Positions 50,165-59,432 of a stretch of DNA of 64,000 nucleotides are shown piece by piece. Both the position numbers and the translations under genes were made by a program. The stretch is taken from NCBI GenBank assembly GCA_046350775.1, contig JAXLZS010000001.1, positions 416,342 through 480,341 on the forward strand. The letters run 5' to 3'. Each line of letters begins with the position of its first letter. Position 1 is the stretch's first letter. The notes under the pieces were generated by a model. It was not told the origin of the DNA. It saw only the letters and a list, made by a program, of their open reading frames with translations, and ran no database searches. This DNA comes from Minisyncoccota bacterium. Its GTDB lineage: Bacteria > Patescibacteriota > Minisyncoccia > Phycocordibacterales > UBA5272.

Positions 50165-50809
50165 TTACTTCACCTCTTTCCACCATTTTCCGTTTTGGAA
50201 AGCATATCCATCTTTTATCTGACCTCCAGCATCCATTGGATGCTCATTGGCGGTCGGATAAAATGGTGAATATTTTTTACCATTTAAAATGATGGCTTCC
50301 CCGGACACTTCTCCGGTAATCTTGTACCACTTACCACCCTGCACAAGAAATCCGGGTTTCGCAACACCGGGCGCTGAAGCGGGAGCTTCGGACCCAGTGT
50401 ACGGTGCGTACTCCACACCATTTACCATGATATTGCCGGCTGGCAGTATTCTTGGTTTAACTGGTAGCATTGGTGGCCCAGGTACTGTAGTCAGTACAGA
50501 ATCAGAAGATCCTGTAGTTGACACAGACCCTGTTGTTGTTGTCGTAACTACAACATTTTCTTTTGTTACCGGGGCAGGCGGCGCTTTTACCACATCACCC
50601 TTTACTGTGTGTTTGGTCCCAAATTCTTTTATTTTCAGAGTCTGGCCAGACATTTTTACACGCACTGTCTGAATAGTGCTGTCATCGATCTGCAACTCAG
50701 TTTTGCCCTTACCGGCCAAACTTTTTATAGTCTCAAGACTGTATGTCCTTTGACCAAAAGAAAAATTAACGAATAAAAAACTGATTGCTAAGAAAATAAT
50801 TTTTTTCAT
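50165..50809 (-). CDS. secreted repeat protein, paralog 2 (start placed at MKKIIFLAISF)
   Basis: Signal peptide. Repeats NGVEYAPYTGSEAPASAPGVAKPGFLVQGGKWYKITGE and NGKKYSPFYPTANEHPMDAGGQIKDGYAFQNGKWWKEVK. Confidence 0.45.
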   Translation of the reverse strand: MKKIIFLAISFLFVNFSFGQRTYSLETIKSLAGKGKTELQIDDSTIQTVRVKMSGQTLKIKEFGTKHTVKGDVVKAPPAPVTKENVVVTTTTTGSVSTTGSSDSVLTTVPGPPMLPVKPRILPAGNIMVNGVEYAPYTGSEAPASAPGVAKPGFLVQGGKWYKITGEVSGEAIILNGKKYSPFYPTANEHPMDAGGQIKDGYAFQNGKWWKEVK

Positions 50810-50984
50810 TTTCTGAAATTTTAAGTGTGATTGAAAAATTGTGAATGAATTGATTTTAGAATTAGTTTTGTGATAAATGAATATCACCTAAATACAGTAT
50901 ATCATACTGTATTTAATATGTCAATAGACACAAATAACAAACCCCACAATTAAGTGGGGTTTTTAAAAGGTTAAAAATAATTTT

Positions 50985-51536
50985 TTACGATCCGGTCTTT
51001 TTGTACCACATGGAATCTGTGGCATTAAAGTAGTACCCGGGTTTTGCAACACCTGGAGCGCTCGCAGGAGCTTCTTCACCGTGATATTCCCGATATTCTT
51101 CACCATTAAGATAAAGAACTTTTCCTGTACCACAAGTGGCACAAGGAGGTTTTACGGGAGTTACTGTCGGTGGGCAAGTTGGACAAGGAGGTTTAATTCC
51201 TTTTTTATGTCCACCCTTTTTTGCTGGTGTTGGGCATGGTTGCTGCGGTACAACCACAACAACCACCTGAGGACAACAAGTGTCCTTTACTGCCGGTTCA
51301 TCGTTTTTTTTTTCAGGCACAGCATCACAATCGCTGTACCTTTCCCACATGTCCTGCAATTTCTTACGTTCCATGCGGAGTTTGTATTCATTTTTTATCG
51401 CCGCTTTTTGGTCGGCGATTTCTTCCATCTGCTGATCATAATACTGGTCGGTAGATGTTTTCGGCTTCTCGCTACTGCAAGAAGTTAAAAAAGAAATTAA
51501 AAAAACGATACCGATTGCTAAAAATACTTTTTTCAT
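50985..51536 (-). CDS. lipoprotein repeat protein, paralog 3
   Basis: Lipobox LTSC, a Pro/Cys-rich linker, and the repeat NGEEYREYHGEEAPASAPGVAKPGYYFNATDSMWYKKTGS. Confidence 0.45.
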   Translation of the reverse strand: MKKVFLAIGIVFLISFLTSCSSEKPKTSTDQYYDQQMEEIADQKAAIKNEYKLRMERKKLQDMWERYSDCDAVPEKKNDEPAVKDTCCPQVVVVVVPQQPCPTPAKKGGHKKGIKPPCPTCPPTVTPVKPPCATCGTGKVLYLNGEEYREYHGEEAPASAPGVAKPGYYFNATDSMWYKKTGS

Positions 51537-51844
51537 GATAATTGTTTTATTTTTTAAAAAATTTGGGTTTCAAGTATACATTTGAAAGAATAAATATAAT
51601 TAAACCCTCAAATGTATACTCAAACTTCTTTTTTTTTTAAATAAAAAACTTAAAATGAAAAGTATTCTTATTTCTTAACCTTTTTCAAAGAACTATATTT
51701 AACTGACTACAGTATAGCAGATTAAAATATTTTGTCAAGATATAAAGAGAGAATTTTATGTAAATAAAGTAAAAAATCCTTGAAAATCAAGGATTTTTTA
51801 GAATAAGTCCAAAAATGAACGTATTTAAAAATGTGTGTTTTAGC

Positions 51845-52147
51845 CTATTCTGTGATCAGATTGCCAGTGCGACACTCTACAAGAGCACCAAGATTTGTCT
51901 GACAGACTTGCTGATAGCTTTTACAAGAGACATGATTGAGAGGATTGTTGAAATTTGTACCGACTTTAAAGCAAACTCCCGGATCACCATTGGGTACAGG
52001 CGCATAAGCCGCCTGCTCTGCTCTCACTTGTGAGAGACCGTAGACCGCGAGCATGACTATGATTGCAAAAATTACAAGTGAAAGTACTCTGTGTGTAAGA
52101 TGATGCTTGTGATGCAATTCGTGAAAAGTTTTTAAATGTTTGTTCAT
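51845..52147 (-). CDS. small membrane-anchored Cys-containing protein
   Basis: His-rich N-terminus, one TM helix (VLSLVIFAIIVMLAVYGL) and 4 Cys in the C-terminal domain. Divergent from pilB. Confidence 0.3.
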   Translation of the reverse strand: MNKHLKTFHELHHKHHLTHRVLSLVIFAIIVMLAVYGLSQVRAEQAAYAPVPNGDPGVCFKVGTNFNNPLNHVSCKSYQQVCQTNLGALVECRTGNLITE

Positions 52148-52268
52148 ATATTTATATATTAAATTATAAGATAGAAAAATCTGAAATGCAATAAAGTTAT
52201 CAACTTTTTCATAAATTTTCTAAAAAAACATACTTTTAAATGATATAATACAAGAAATTTAAGCACTT

Positions 52269-54044
52269 ATGGATGATACAAATCAAAAATTAAAAGCTAA
52301 TGAAGAAAATCCCGAGCTACATCATGGTCTAAAATTTCAAAAAGATGATGAAGATAAAAAAAATGAAGACATTTTGGATCTTGTTCATCAACAAGAAGAG
52401 GAAGAATATGTAAAATTGCAATCTGACAAATACAATCTCCCATATATAGATCTCAAAGGTATAGCCCCAGAGCCTGACGCTATAAAACAAATCAAAGAAG
52501 AAGATGCTAAAAAAGCCGAAATCGCAGCATTTAAGCAAATAGGTGAAAAACTTTATGTGGCTATGTTTTCTCCTGAAAATATAAACGTGGACATCATCTT
52601 TAAAAATCTAGAAAGTCACGGTTTAACTTTAATTAAATTTTTAGCATCACACTCATCATTGAAGCATGTCTGGAGCAGATATGCTGATGTGGTAGAAGCT
52701 ACTGAAACTGTATCGGGAATGCTCGATTTAAATTCAAATATTTTAAAAGAAATGATGTCTCATGTAGTGACACTAGACGACCTTCGCAATGTCATCATCA
52801 CTGTCGCAAATGGATCAAAAAATTTTAGAATATCAAGAATTATAGAATTAATTATTGCGGGAGCACTTCATTTTAAAGTATCTGATATACATATTGAGCC
52901 GGAAAAAGAAAAGGTAAGATTTCGCTACAGAATAGATGGAGCATTGGTAGATATTTGTTTTGTAGATTTTCCAACTATGAAATTGATAAATTCTAGATTA
53001 AAACTTTTGTCTGGAGTGAAATTGTCTGTGACGAAAAATGCTCAAGATGGAAGATTTTCTATCACTGACGGAAATATTGAGATCGAGGTCCGCGTATCTG
53101 TCATCCCGGACAACTATGGAGAGAGTTTTGTGATGAGAATACTTGATCCGAGAAACATAATGGCAAATATAGAGTCTCTTGGTATGAGCTCACAACTCTA
53201 TGAGATAGTAGAGAGAGCCATAGAAAAGCCAAATGGTATCATCTTGACTACAGGACCGACAGGATCAGGAAAAACTACCACTCTCTATGCTTTTATAAAT
53301 AAACTTTACACTCCTGAAATAAAAATAATCACAATTGAAGATCCAATAGAGTATCACTTGAAAGGAATTGTACAAACTCAAATTGAAGAGGAAAAGGGAT
53401 ATACATTTTTATCTGGCCTTCGTGCCGCTATGCGTCAAGATCCAGATATTATAATGGTCGGTGAAATCCGTGATCAAGATACCGCCAAGGTGGCCGTCAA
53501 CGCTGCTCTTACTGGACATCTTGTATTTTCAACACTTCACACCAATAATGCTGCTGGCACTATACCACGCCTTCTCGAGCTTGGGGCTAATCCTGGCATC
53601 CTAGCCTCCGCCCTTTCACTTTCTTTAGCTCAAAGACTAGTCAGAAAACTTTGCCCAAATTGTAAAGAAGAAATCTCAGCAAATGAAAAACAAACTAAAC
53701 AAATCACAAACATACTAGGATTGATGATAGCAAACAACAAACAAGCAAGTATGCAAGACATCAAGCCAGCTAATGAATACAAAATATTTAAAGCTAATGA
53801 GGCTGGTTGTGAAAAATGTCATGGTGGATACAAAGGAAGAATGGGTATATTTGAAGCTATAAAAATGGATGGTCCTATAGCAGATTTACTCTCTTCAGAA
53901 AAAATAGTAAATGAAAGAAAAATAAAAGAGCTAGCAATACCTCAAGGGATACCCACTATGAGAGAAGACGGTATAATAAAAGTCTTGAAAGGTGAAACTA
54001 GCTATGAGGAAGTAGCGACAGTAGTCGATCTTTACGAAGAATAA
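52269..54044 (+). CDS. type IV pilus assembly / type II secretion ATPase (PilB/GspE family)
   Basis: Walker A TTGPTGSGKTTT, Asp box, His box (VFSTLHTNNAAGT) and a tetracysteine CPNC...CEKC. Confidence 0.85.
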   Translation: MDDTNQKLKANEENPELHHGLKFQKDDEDKKNEDILDLVHQQEEEEYVKLQSDKYNLPYIDLKGIAPEPDAIKQIKEEDAKKAEIAAFKQIGEKLYVAMFSPENINVDIIFKNLESHGLTLIKFLASHSSLKHVWSRYADVVEATETVSGMLDLNSNILKEMMSHVVTLDDLRNVIITVANGSKNFRISRIIELIIAGALHFKVSDIHIEPEKEKVRFRYRIDGALVDICFVDFPTMKLINSRLKLLSGVKLSVTKNAQDGRFSITDGNIEIEVRVSVIPDNYGESFVMRILDPRNIMANIESLGMSSQLYEIVERAIEKPNGIILTTGPTGSGKTTTLYAFINKLYTPEIKIITIEDPIEYHLKGIVQTQIEEEKGYTFLSGLRAAMRQDPDIIMVGEIRDQDTAKVAVNAALTGHLVFSTLHTNNAAGTIPRLLELGANPGILASALSLSLAQRLVRKLCPNCKEEISANEKQTKQITNILGLMIANNKQASMQDIKPANEYKIFKANEAGCEKCHGGYKGRMGIFEAIKMDGPIADLLSSEKIVNERKIKELAIPQGIPTMREDGIIKVLKGETSYEEVATVVDLYEE

Positions 54045-54190
54045 AAACCACACAGATCTCTAAACAACCTCTTGGTGAAGAAAACTTTTACATAAGGATA
54101 GATGCAGAATAGAATAAATCTAACCAAATCGTCCTCTGTGAATAAAGTATGAGAGCGAGGCTCTCAATTGTTTAGAGATCTATGTGGTTT
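54045..54190. repeat. 23-bp inverted repeat arms (22/23 match) separated by 100 nt, giving a large stem-loop just after pilB
   Basis: aaaccacacagatctctaaacaa at 54045-54067 pairs with ttgtttagagatctatgtggttt at 54168-54190. An internal hairpin gagagc-gag-gctctc sits between them. Confidence 0.6.
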
Positions 54191-54227
54191 TAAAATAACT
54201 TTAAGTTGACAGTAGTGTATCATATAG

Positions 54228-54243
54228 TTGACAATCTTGTCAA
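54228..54243. promoter_or_regulatory. perfect palindrome TTGACAATCTTGTCAA overlapping a candidate -35/-10 promoter upstream of ruvB (candidate operator)
   Basis: 7-2-7 palindrome. The TTGACA is followed about 15 nt later by TATATT, about 60 nt upstream of the ruvB ATG. Confidence 0.35.
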
Positions 54244-54310
54244 GTACCTATATTCGAGCCACAATTCTCATTACTTTTCCTTTTGTGATAAAATTAAGAC
54301 AAGAAAAAAT

Positions 54311-55309
54311 ATGGAAAACTCACATCTTGAACCAGAAGAGATAAAAAAAGAAGAAGGGTACCTCGATAACGCACTGAGACCAAGTGTCTGGGAAGACTAT
54401 ATTGGACAAAAAGTCATCAAAGAAAATCTAGAGATTTTGATAAAGGCCGCCAAAGAAAGAAAAAATTCTCCCGAACATATTCTTTTTTATGGCCCCCCAG
54501 GACTTGGAAAGACCACTCTTGCAAATTTGGTCGCCAAAGAACTCAATACAAACATGCGCGTCACCTCAGGTCCAGCTATCATGAAAGTTGGAGATCTTGC
54601 AGCAATACTTACCAATCTTGGTGAAGGTGATGTGCTTTTTATAGATGAGATTCATAGACTTAATAAATTGATAGAAGAGGTACTTTACCCTGCTATGGAG
54701 TCTGGTAAACTCGATATTATTATCGGCAAAGGCCCATCGGCTCGCACAATACAGCTAGATCTTCCAAATTTTACATTGATTGGAGCGACCACAAGAATTT
54801 CTTTACTGTCATCCCCTCTTCGCTCTCGCTTTTCTGGAGGTATACACAGACTACAATATTATAATGAAAAAGAAATTGCTCAGATTGTAAAAAATTCTGC
54901 AAAAATTTTAAATACTAAAATCACAGACGAAGCAGCAAATGAAATAGCAAAAAGATCTCGCTTCACTCCACGTATAGCAAATTATTTTTTGAAAAGATGT
55001 CGTGACTATGCTCAAGTCAATAAGGCTATCATAGATATAGATGTAGTAAACAACACCCTAAAAATGCTAGAAATAGACGAGCTTGGTCTTGGTATAGCAG
55101 AAAGAATGTTATTAAACACACTGGTAAATACTTTTGCAGATAAACCTGTCGGGCTAAACACTCTTGCCGCTTCCATAGGAGAAGAAGAAAATACTATTGA
55201 AGATGTGATAGAGCCGTATCTACTACAAATCGGATTTATAGATCGTACTAGCCGTGGTCGCATCACTACAGAAAAAGCTAAAGAGCATTTAAAGAAAAAT
55301 GAAAAATAA
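54311..55309 (+). CDS. ruvB: Holliday junction DNA helicase RuvB
   Basis: Walker A GPPGLGKTTLA, Walker B LFIDEIHRL and a sensor region. ATG at 54311 (MENSH...). Confidence 0.85.
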   Translation: MENSHLEPEEIKKEEGYLDNALRPSVWEDYIGQKVIKENLEILIKAAKERKNSPEHILFYGPPGLGKTTLANLVAKELNTNMRVTSGPAIMKVGDLAAILTNLGEGDVLFIDEIHRLNKLIEEVLYPAMESGKLDIIIGKGPSARTIQLDLPNFTLIGATTRISLLSSPLRSRFSGGIHRLQYYNEKEIAQIVKNSAKILNTKITDEAANEIAKRSRFTPRIANYFLKRCRDYAQVNKAIIDIDVVNNTLKMLEIDELGLGIAERMLLNTLVNTFADKPVGLNTLAASIGEEENTIEDVIEPYLLQIGFIDRTSRGRITTEKAKEHLKKNEK

Positions 55310-55793
55310 TCCAAAAATAATTCTCGGTATTGACCCAGGATACGACAGAATGGGTGTCTGTGTTTTAGAAAAAATAAATAACACAGAAAATAAAATTTTA
55401 TTTTCTGTTTGTCTCGAATCAAATAAAAAAGATGATTTAAATGAGAGAATTTTTCAAATTGGAAAAGAATTAGAAAAAATAATTATCAAATACAGTGTTG
55501 ATGAACTTGCGATAGAAAAATTATTTTTCACTACCAATCAAAAGACAGCTATGGGTGTCGCAGAATCAAGAGGTGCTGTAATATTTTTATGTAAAAATCT
55601 AAAAGTAAAAATATTTGAATACACACCACTACAAATAAAAAATGCTCTGACAGGATACGGAAAAGCTGATAAAAATCAAGTCTACTTTATGCTAGATAAA
55701 ATCTTAAAACTAAACAATAAATTAAACAAAAAATACGATGACGAATATGATGCTATAGCTATTGCCTATACACACTCAATATCAATAAAATAA
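55299..55793 (+). CDS. ruvC: crossover junction endodeoxyribonuclease RuvC
   Basis: ILGIDPGYDRMGVCVLE N-terminus with the catalytic Asp. 164 aa, overlapping the ruvB stop. Confidence 0.8.
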   Translation: MKNNPKIILGIDPGYDRMGVCVLEKINNTENKILFSVCLESNKKDDLNERIFQIGKELEKIIIKYSVDELAIEKLFFTTNQKTAMGVAESRGAVIFLCKNLKVKIFEYTPLQIKNALTGYGKADKNQVYFMLDKILKLNNKLNKKYDDEYDAIAIAYTHSISIK

Positions 55794-55912
55794 CCATACA
55801 AAATATAGACACTACCAGTTATCAACATTTTAATAAAAACACCCTTGAAAAATTTTTTAAATTCTTTATAATACCCTTCATAATCAAAATAGATTTATAT
55901 TTAAAATAAAAT

Positions 55913-56152
55913 ATGAAAAATAAAAAAAATAATGATTCGTTTGATAAGAGAGACGATGACGATATGGAGGATGAGGAAGGGATGGAAAATGAAAAAAGCT
56001 TTAATCCTGATGCTCTCGATGAGGCTCTTGATGAAGATGAATCCGATGAAGATGAGAGTCTTGATGAGTTAGAAGAAAAGGAAATTGAAGAAGACAATGA
56101 AGATGACATCTTTGGAAATAATGAAGATGAAAATCCACTTTGGAAATTATAA
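55913..56152 (+). CDS. small highly acidic (D/E-rich) hypothetical protein
   Basis: 79 aa, more than 45% Asp/Glu. Confidence 0.3.
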   Translation: MKNKKNNDSFDKRDDDDMEDEEGMENEKSFNPDALDEALDEDESDEDESLDELEEKEIEEDNEDDIFGNNEDENPLWKL

Positions 56153-56175
56153 GATTATTTAAAATTTAATATCCA

Positions 56176-56205
56176 AAAAAATAAAAACCCCTAAATTTTA
56201 GGAGT
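56176..56205. terminator. bidirectional rho-independent terminator
   Basis: Hairpin aaaacccctaaattttaggagtttt. Confidence 0.5.
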
Positions 56206-56212
56206 TTTTATT

Positions 56213-57130
56213 TTATATAGCAACAGGAAAATAAATTTTCTCTCCATATTTATAATCTTTAAACTCTGTGTCTGTATAACTCCAATCAAGAATTGATTTA
56301 AAATTATTAGTTACTATAATAGGAGATTTTTCACTTTCTCTTTTTATTAATTCTTTTGCACCTTCTAAATGATTTTCATATAGTTCAACTTGTCCAAATA
56401 TTCCAGTAACTTTACCTGGTTTATATCCAGTTTCTAGACAAAACAAATGAAGAAGTAGTGCGTGTTGAGCAAAATCGTTCGGTACTCCAAGACAAATATC
56501 TCCACTTCTTTGATAAAAAATCAAATTTAATTTTTCTCCATATTTAATAAGCTGAAAAGCAAACGGACATGGTGGTATAGCTTGTTGATCTATATCTTTT
56601 GGATTCCATTGGGACACAATCAATCTTTTACTATCTGGGTCTTTTTTAAGTTCTTCTAAAATCCACTTAATCTGATCTTTGCCTTGTCCTTCATAATCTC
56701 CTATACCTTTATATTCTGTTCCAAAATTTCTCCATTCAAATCCATATGTGGGACCAAGATCATTTTTATTATGATATTTTTTACTAGACCAATGATCCCA
56801 AAAGTGACACCCTCTATCTATGAGCCACTGTTTATCAGTATAACCTTTTAGATAAAATTCTGTTTCTACTCTCATACTCTTTTCTGGCATTTTTCTTAAT
56901 GAAGATAAAGGGAAGCCATTTTCCATATCATGCTCCAAAGTCTTACCTATCAAACTATATGCTGGTATACCAGTTCTAGTTGGTCTTAAAAAACCTTCTT
57001 CTAAAATTTCACTTATCACCTGTTTATATTGGGTATCAAAATTCTTAATAATTTTCTTTTCTTCTTTACTTTCAAATTTTGATGAAGGTTTGTCCAAATT
57101 ATCAGATTTATTTACATTAAATTTTTCCAT
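56213..57130 (-). CDS. thymidylate synthase-family paralog with a cytosine-type active site (putative (d)CMP hydroxymethylase/methylase)
   Basis: Conserves the ThyA core: TRTG, WDHW, SKRLIVSQWN, catalytic Cys in PPCPFAF, YQRSGD. The uracil-recognising Asn of LPFNIASY is replaced by Asp (GVPNDFAQHA), as in dCMP/CMP hydroxymethylases. Canonical thyA sits elsewhere (12408..13340). Confidence 0.65.
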   Translation of the reverse strand: MEKFNVNKSDNLDKPSSKFESKEEKKIIKNFDTQYKQVISEILEEGFLRPTRTGIPAYSLIGKTLEHDMENGFPLSSLRKMPEKSMRVETEFYLKGYTDKQWLIDRGCHFWDHWSSKKYHNKNDLGPTYGFEWRNFGTEYKGIGDYEGQGKDQIKWILEELKKDPDSKRLIVSQWNPKDIDQQAIPPCPFAFQLIKYGEKLNLIFYQRSGDICLGVPNDFAQHALLLHLFCLETGYKPGKVTGIFGQVELYENHLEGAKELIKRESEKSPIIVTNNFKSILDWSYTDTEFKDYKYGEKIYFPVAI

Positions 57131-57140
57131 AATTTTATTT

Positions 57141-57800
57141 TCATAAATTATTTTTTAAATTCTTTATTAGTATTTCAAAATCTTCTATTGAAGACACAAA
57201 ATATAGCCAATCTTTATGATTTTCTAAAGATTTAGAAGAAGTATCTAATATTTGCATTTTTGTAGTTATTAAAGATTTCCAATCTGTGCCATTTTTAGTC
57301 TGAAAGAAAATTAATGGGGTTAATTTTTCATTATATTTTTCATTACCATATTTATTCATGCCTGTCTTAACTATATTTTCATGAAAAATAACATTTTGTT
57401 CAAGATCTGTACCGTCTCCACCAAGTGGGCTGACGACTACAATATCAGCAGAAGTAACAGCTTCCAATCTCTCAAAGATATTTTTTGCAACGTTTGTAAA
57501 TCTTGCATTTTTCACTCTATCCCACAAACCATCATGCTGCTCTTGAGGTACACCAATATTAAGATTTTTTGATAAATTATTTTCATTAATAAAATTATTT
57601 GCGGTATCACTAACGGCCTGCATAATTCCTCCAGCATATCCACCATGCACAACCCCAAATCCTTCTTTTAATAAAAATTTAGTTAATTGCTCTGTAGCTT
57701 TATATTCTTCGCTTTCTTTATTTACAGTAGATTTTCCTACTACAGAAGCAAAATATTTTGCTCTGGATTCTTTTTTAATATTTTCTATATTTAATTTCAT
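57141..57800 (-). CDS. LOG-family (lysine-decarboxylase-like) Rossmann-fold nucleotide N-glycosidase/phosphoribohydrolase-like protein
   Basis: GGYAGGIMQA matches the LOG GGGxxGxMG motif and SPLGGDGTDLE matches PGGxGTxxE. Confidence 0.5.
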   Translation of the reverse strand: MKLNIENIKKESRAKYFASVVGKSTVNKESEEYKATEQLTKFLLKEGFGVVHGGYAGGIMQAVSDTANNFINENNLSKNLNIGVPQEQHDGLWDRVKNARFTNVAKNIFERLEAVTSADIVVVSPLGGDGTDLEQNVIFHENIVKTGMNKYGNEKYNEKLTPLIFFQTKNGTDWKSLITTKMQILDTSSKSLENHKDWLYFVSSIEDFEILIKNLKNNL

Positions 57801-57842
57801 ATTTTTAATTATTAATTTTATTATTTTTAATTCTTTTAAAAC

Positions 57843-58526
57843 TTATGTTTTCTCAAGAATTAAAATTAAAGCACTTGGAGATATCGGGCTAGAATATTCT
57901 TTAATTGGACGATTTAGTATCTCTTCAAAATACACTATTTTAAAACCTGTTTCTAATATGGTTTGTATCCACTCAGTCATAGTGTGATGATATTCATTTA
58001 TTATCTTTTTATCTACTGTTGGATAATTTATCAACTCTCCTTTTTGAAAATAATTTTTACTATTAACATAATTTACCGATCTCATGGGGTGGGTAAATTG
58101 TATAAAGGCTTTACTTTTCTTTTTTAAAACTCTATATATCTCATTTAAAGAAACCGAGATATTTTTATCGTGTTGTAAAGCATATTTACTCCAAACTATA
58201 TCAAAGTAATTATTTTTCCATGGTAAATAATTAAAATTACCCTCTAATATGTCTGCTTTAGTGAATCTGTTTTTTGTAATATTTATAAGTTCTGATGATA
58301 TATCTAGACCGTGAATAATAGCGCCGTTTTTATGAAAGTAATCTAAATCTATGCCAGAACCACATCCAACATCTAATACTCTCTTATTATCTAAAGATAC
58401 AGTATTTAAGAGTATTTTTCTCATAGTATTTGCTGCTGGATATTTCTTTGTGTATTCATTTTGGAAAAAATGAAAATCTTTTTTATATTTCATAATAGGG
58501 TTATTATAAATAACCAATATTGACAT
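57843..58526 (-). CDS. class I SAM-dependent methyltransferase
   Basis: Motif I VLDVGCGSGIDL, and an acidic residue ending the beta2 strand (HGLD). Confidence 0.7.
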   Translation of the reverse strand: MSILVIYNNPIMKYKKDFHFFQNEYTKKYPAANTMRKILLNTVSLDNKRVLDVGCGSGIDLDYFHKNGAIIHGLDISSELINITKNRFTKADILEGNFNYLPWKNNYFDIVWSKYALQHDKNISVSLNEIYRVLKKKSKAFIQFTHPMRSVNYVNSKNYFQKGELINYPTVDKKIINEYHHTMTEWIQTILETGFKIVYFEEILNRPIKEYSSPISPSALILILEKT

Positions 58527-58604
58527 GTAAAGAAATATGTTACATTGTATGTAATACTAAACAAAAAGTTTATTATGATATAATAATATTTATATTAAAA
58601 CATT

Positions 58605-59432
58605 ATGTTATATACAAAAAAAGAATCTTTAGAAGATAAAATAGTTCGTTATCTGACAGATAATAATAAGACTATATATGGAATAAAAGAAGAATTGAAA
58701 AGAGAAAGAAATATAGTTACAGATCAAGGAATTTATAAATCTATTAGACTTTTAATTAAAGAGGAAGTAGTAATAAAAAATAAGGATATATTTTCTTTAA
58801 ATGAAGAGTGGAAAAATAAAATAATAGAAGGATTTCAAAAAAACATAGAATTTGATTTATCAGAAAAAGAACAAATACAATTTGATCTGAGTTCCTTAAT
58901 ACACTTAGATCAACAGTGGAAAAATATCACTATATCTATACAAAAAAATATAAAAGGGTTCCCTGTCTTTTTTTATAATCCTCATGATATCTGGTCATTT
59001 TTGAGTGATTCTCGTAAGCAAAGTGAGGCTTTATATTATAAAAATTTATATAAAAATAAAACATATTCTTTTTGTGTTAACGCAGGAAACACAGAATTTG
59101 ATAAAATAATAAGAAGAGAAAGAGAAACTGAATATAATAGGATAAATATAAATGAAGAATTATTTAAAAATACAGACTATATAACAATAATTGGGGATTA
59201 TATTACTATAGTTAGAATATCTAAAAAAACAGCAGAACTTATAGAGAAAATTTATAAAGAATCAAAAGATTATCAAGATTTTCAAAAACAGATTCAGAAA
59301 TTAGGGATAGAAAAAAAGAAAGTAAAATTAATAATCGAAAAAAATAAAGAAAAAGCAAAAATGCTTCGTAAAAAATTATCTAAAAACTTTTATATTCCTA
59401 AAGATCTAATAGAAAAATACGATCTATTTTAA
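58605..59432 (+). CDS. hypothetical protein, divergent from the MTase operon (possible winged-helix regulator)
   Basis: 275 aa, Lys-rich. The N-terminal KIVRYLTDNNKTIYGIKEEL has an HTH-like character. Weak. Confidence 0.25.
   Translation: MLYTKKESLEDKIVRYLTDNNKTIYGIKEELKRERNIVTDQGIYKSIRLLIKEEVVIKNKDIFSLNEEWKNKIIEGFQKNIEFDLSEKEQIQFDLSSLIHLDQQWKNITISIQKNIKGFPVFFYNPHDIWSFLSDSRKQSEALYYKNLYKNKTYSFCVNAGNTEFDKIIRRERETEYNRININEELFKNTDYITIIGDYITIVRISKKTAELIEKIYKESKDYQDFQKQIQKLGIEKKKVKLIIEKNKEKAKMLRKKLSKNFYIPKDLIEKYDLF

Noticed and set aside
55822-56109. Ser-rich 95-aa ORF on the minus strand
   Set aside because: It is antisense to the acidic D/E-rich protein gene (GAN codons read in reverse give Ser-rich frames), so it is an artefact.
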